A stretch of 62,936 nucleotides of DNA, filler included, from Corallochytrium limacisporum Hawaii (taxonomy: Eukaryota; Protista; Pluriformea): assembly GCA_002811645.1 (NCBI GenBank). It is 5 parts of 5 records of this genome, joined end to end, with 100 filler letters (N's around TTAATTAATTAA, not from the genome) between each part and the next. Parts side by side here need not be neighbours in the genome. Positions count along the whole stretch, not along the records: positions 60,670 to 61,671 come from PDIP01000252.1; positions 61,772 to 62,936 come from PDIP01000231.1; 3 more parts are not named here. One strand, given 5' to 3'. The notes under the pieces were generated by a model. It was not told the DNA's origin and did no database searches. It saw only the letters and a list, made by a program, of their open reading frames with translations. Shown here in pieces: positions 60,834 through 62,936 of the stretch. A program made the position numbers and the translations under genes. Every line of letters starts with the position of its first letter. Position 1 is the first letter of the stretch.

Positions 60834-61665
60834 CAACCAAGATTGAAAAAGATCCTCGGGAGTCAAGTTTTTCGGAGTTTTGACCCTGACATACCAGACA
60901 GAGGGTGGTACCACGAATGGCAGGTTGGCCAGATCGTGACAGGAAAAAGTGTACTCCTCGGTCGATGCATGTGTCGCTCGTGAGAGTCTCCGCGGGCGGT
61001 TCTATCACATTGTATGCATCTGCGCCCTTCACACTTTGCCTACGCTACCGCACAAAACCATCACACATACTAATTACAGGGCCACGTCCGGACACCCATG
61101 GAGCTTCACATTCGTGAAGACAGGATTTTCTTGCGCCTGGGACATGGAAGCGTAGCAGAAACACGGATGGGTGCCTGTCTCCCTCACCTCTCGCGACCCC
61201 CCCCCTCCGGGGGGTAATATCGGGAGTCTATTTTCAACCTGAGCTGAAAAGATGAACCCGCGCTCGTCGGTTTGGGTTAAATGGTGGTGGGCCCGGGGGC
61301 AGTTCAAAACGGGAGTCTATTTTCAACCGCGTGCCTTTGGGCGCTACTTAGGATCAGCGGTACTTGGGGGGTGAGGGGGGGGGTGGGGGCAGGACCGGGA
61401 GAGGAGGCGGGGTGGGGCAAGACGGGTCTTTTTTTCTTGCTGTCCTTTTAATGTTTTTTCCCCCTTTCTTTTTTTAATCTTCCACAGTGGCCCCTCCAAT
61501 TCTCTTCCTTTTTTTTTCCTTTCTGTTTCCTTATCTCCGGCTGGGTGGGTTTTGTTATACTTTTCGCGGTGGACATAGTTTTTTTTTGTACCACCCTCTG
61601 TCTGGTATGTCAGGGTCAAAACTCCGAAAAACTTGACTCCCGAGGATCTTTTTCAATCTTGATTG
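60834..61665. mobile_element. Non-autonomous DNA transposon (MITE) with 78-bp TIRs and TA flanks, Tc1/mariner-like
   Basis: 60834-60911 is the reverse complement of 61588-61665 (1 mismatch). TA at 60832-33 and 61666-67. Internal direct repeat cgggagtctattttcaacc x2; no transposase ORF. Confidence 0.88.
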
Positions 61666-62870
61666 TATAATNNNNNNNNNNNNNNNNNNNNNNNNNNNNN
61701 NNNNNNNNNNNNNNNTTAATTAATTAANNNNNNNNNNNNNNNNNNNNNNNNNNNNNNNNNNNNNNNNNNNNAAGGCGACAACCTCCGTTTCCCCCCCCCC
61801 CCCCTCTCCCCTCAGCACACACCTCCGTCACTTTTTGTTCTTTTTCATCACTCAAAAGAATCCCAACAACCAAATATAAAAAATAGTCATAAAAAAACAC
61901 CAAAAAATGGAATTAAAGGAGGCGGCCCGGGGAGGGGGGAGAGGAATGTCCGCCGTGCGTTCTCGCTCTCGCCCGTGCGCGGTGCTGTGTTGGAGAGGGC
62001 GGAGGGGGGAAAGGTCGGGAAAGAGCGGGACGGCAGGGGCCTGTGAGGTAAGAAAATGACCCCGAAGGCCGGGCCGGCCCAAAAAAAGAAAAGGAAACGG
62101 AAACAAAAAAAAAGAAAGAAAATGGAAGCGGCCCGCAGCCCCCGCGGGGGGTGGTTGTCTAAAAGGACAAACGAGGATTAAAAAAAAAAGGGGGAGACAT
62201 ACAAAGGAATGTATCGATAACAAGGAAACTGACCATGTTTTCGGTTCCTCTGCATTACCTTTTGGGTGGCCTGCTCGACACACAAGGGCAGGTGTCACGA
62301 CCAACGCGTCCGATAGGCAATACGACATGAGGACCTACCTGCATCATCTTGGAATGGAAACCTGCTGCCTCTTTTTTACTATCGGCGGCGGAGGTAAGTT
62401 CTCGCAGTACCATGGTGGTGTCGTTTTTTTGGAAGCACACACACATACACAGAGTGACACCAAGGTGCGGTAAAAACTGGAATGCAAAAACATAAGACGA
62501 TGACGAAGAGGAAAGAAATTTGTATGTAAACAGAAATCACTTTGCTATGATATCGTGGACAGACAATATAACATCACCACACACTGCCACAAGGCCATCC
62601 TGCATGTGTATGTGCCATGCACCTCATCAACCACTAAAGGAAGGAAAGGGTTCTTGTTTTCTGTTTTGCCTTACGTCTTGTGCACGGTGTGGTACGGTTC
62701 CTGGTGAGCACGGTACAATATGTTCCTGTAGCGATACCAGCCACGTTCCCCTTGGCCGGAACCGTTGACCAAAACGGTCCATGTCGTCTTTGGTGCACTT
62801 CGACCCCGAAAGGAAGGTTTCGGGAGAAGCCGGGCGAAAAAGGTAAAAAAGAATGGGGCAATACACACAC

Positions 62871-62903
<33 letters not shown>

Positions 62904-62936
62904 GGGGACTGTGGGGCCTCTTGGTTGGGTGGGGGG

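Overview
Draft-assembly DNA from an intron-poor unicellular eukaryote (TTAGGG telomere repeats, CA/GA microsatellites, uninterrupted ORFs); the taxon cannot be fixed from sequence alone. The window is five scaffolds joined by artificial 100-bp spacers (44 N + TTAATTAATTAA + 44 N): 1-29853 (ends in telomere repeats), 29954-53996, 54097-60569, 60670-61671 and 61772-end. It is gene-sparse and looks like an accessory or subtelomeric region. Recognisable genes: an AlkB alkane monooxygenase, a paraoxonase-like propeller, a secreted aerolysin/ETX-MTX2-like toxin, an AAAP amino-acid transporter, an F-box/LRR protein and a GH114/PelA-like hydrolase with Cys-rich repeats. There are also three MARVEL-like paralogs, a secreted tandem-repeat protein and an unrecognised family of leaderless two-domain Cys-conserved proteins (3 intact copies plus relics). 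Intergenic DNA is largely decayed Ty3/gypsy-like relics, homopolymer-rich islands and one TA-flanked MITE. Main observations: (1) an unrecognised ~58-aa Cys-rich module shared by the hydrolase and one member of the unknown family; (2) an inverted gene pair with a near-identical 5' part and a hypervariable, mostly non-synonymous segment; (3) a recurrent TATTTAAG + GATC-cluster upstream motif; (4) a secreted-protein ORF whose stop codon is supplied by the telomere repeat.
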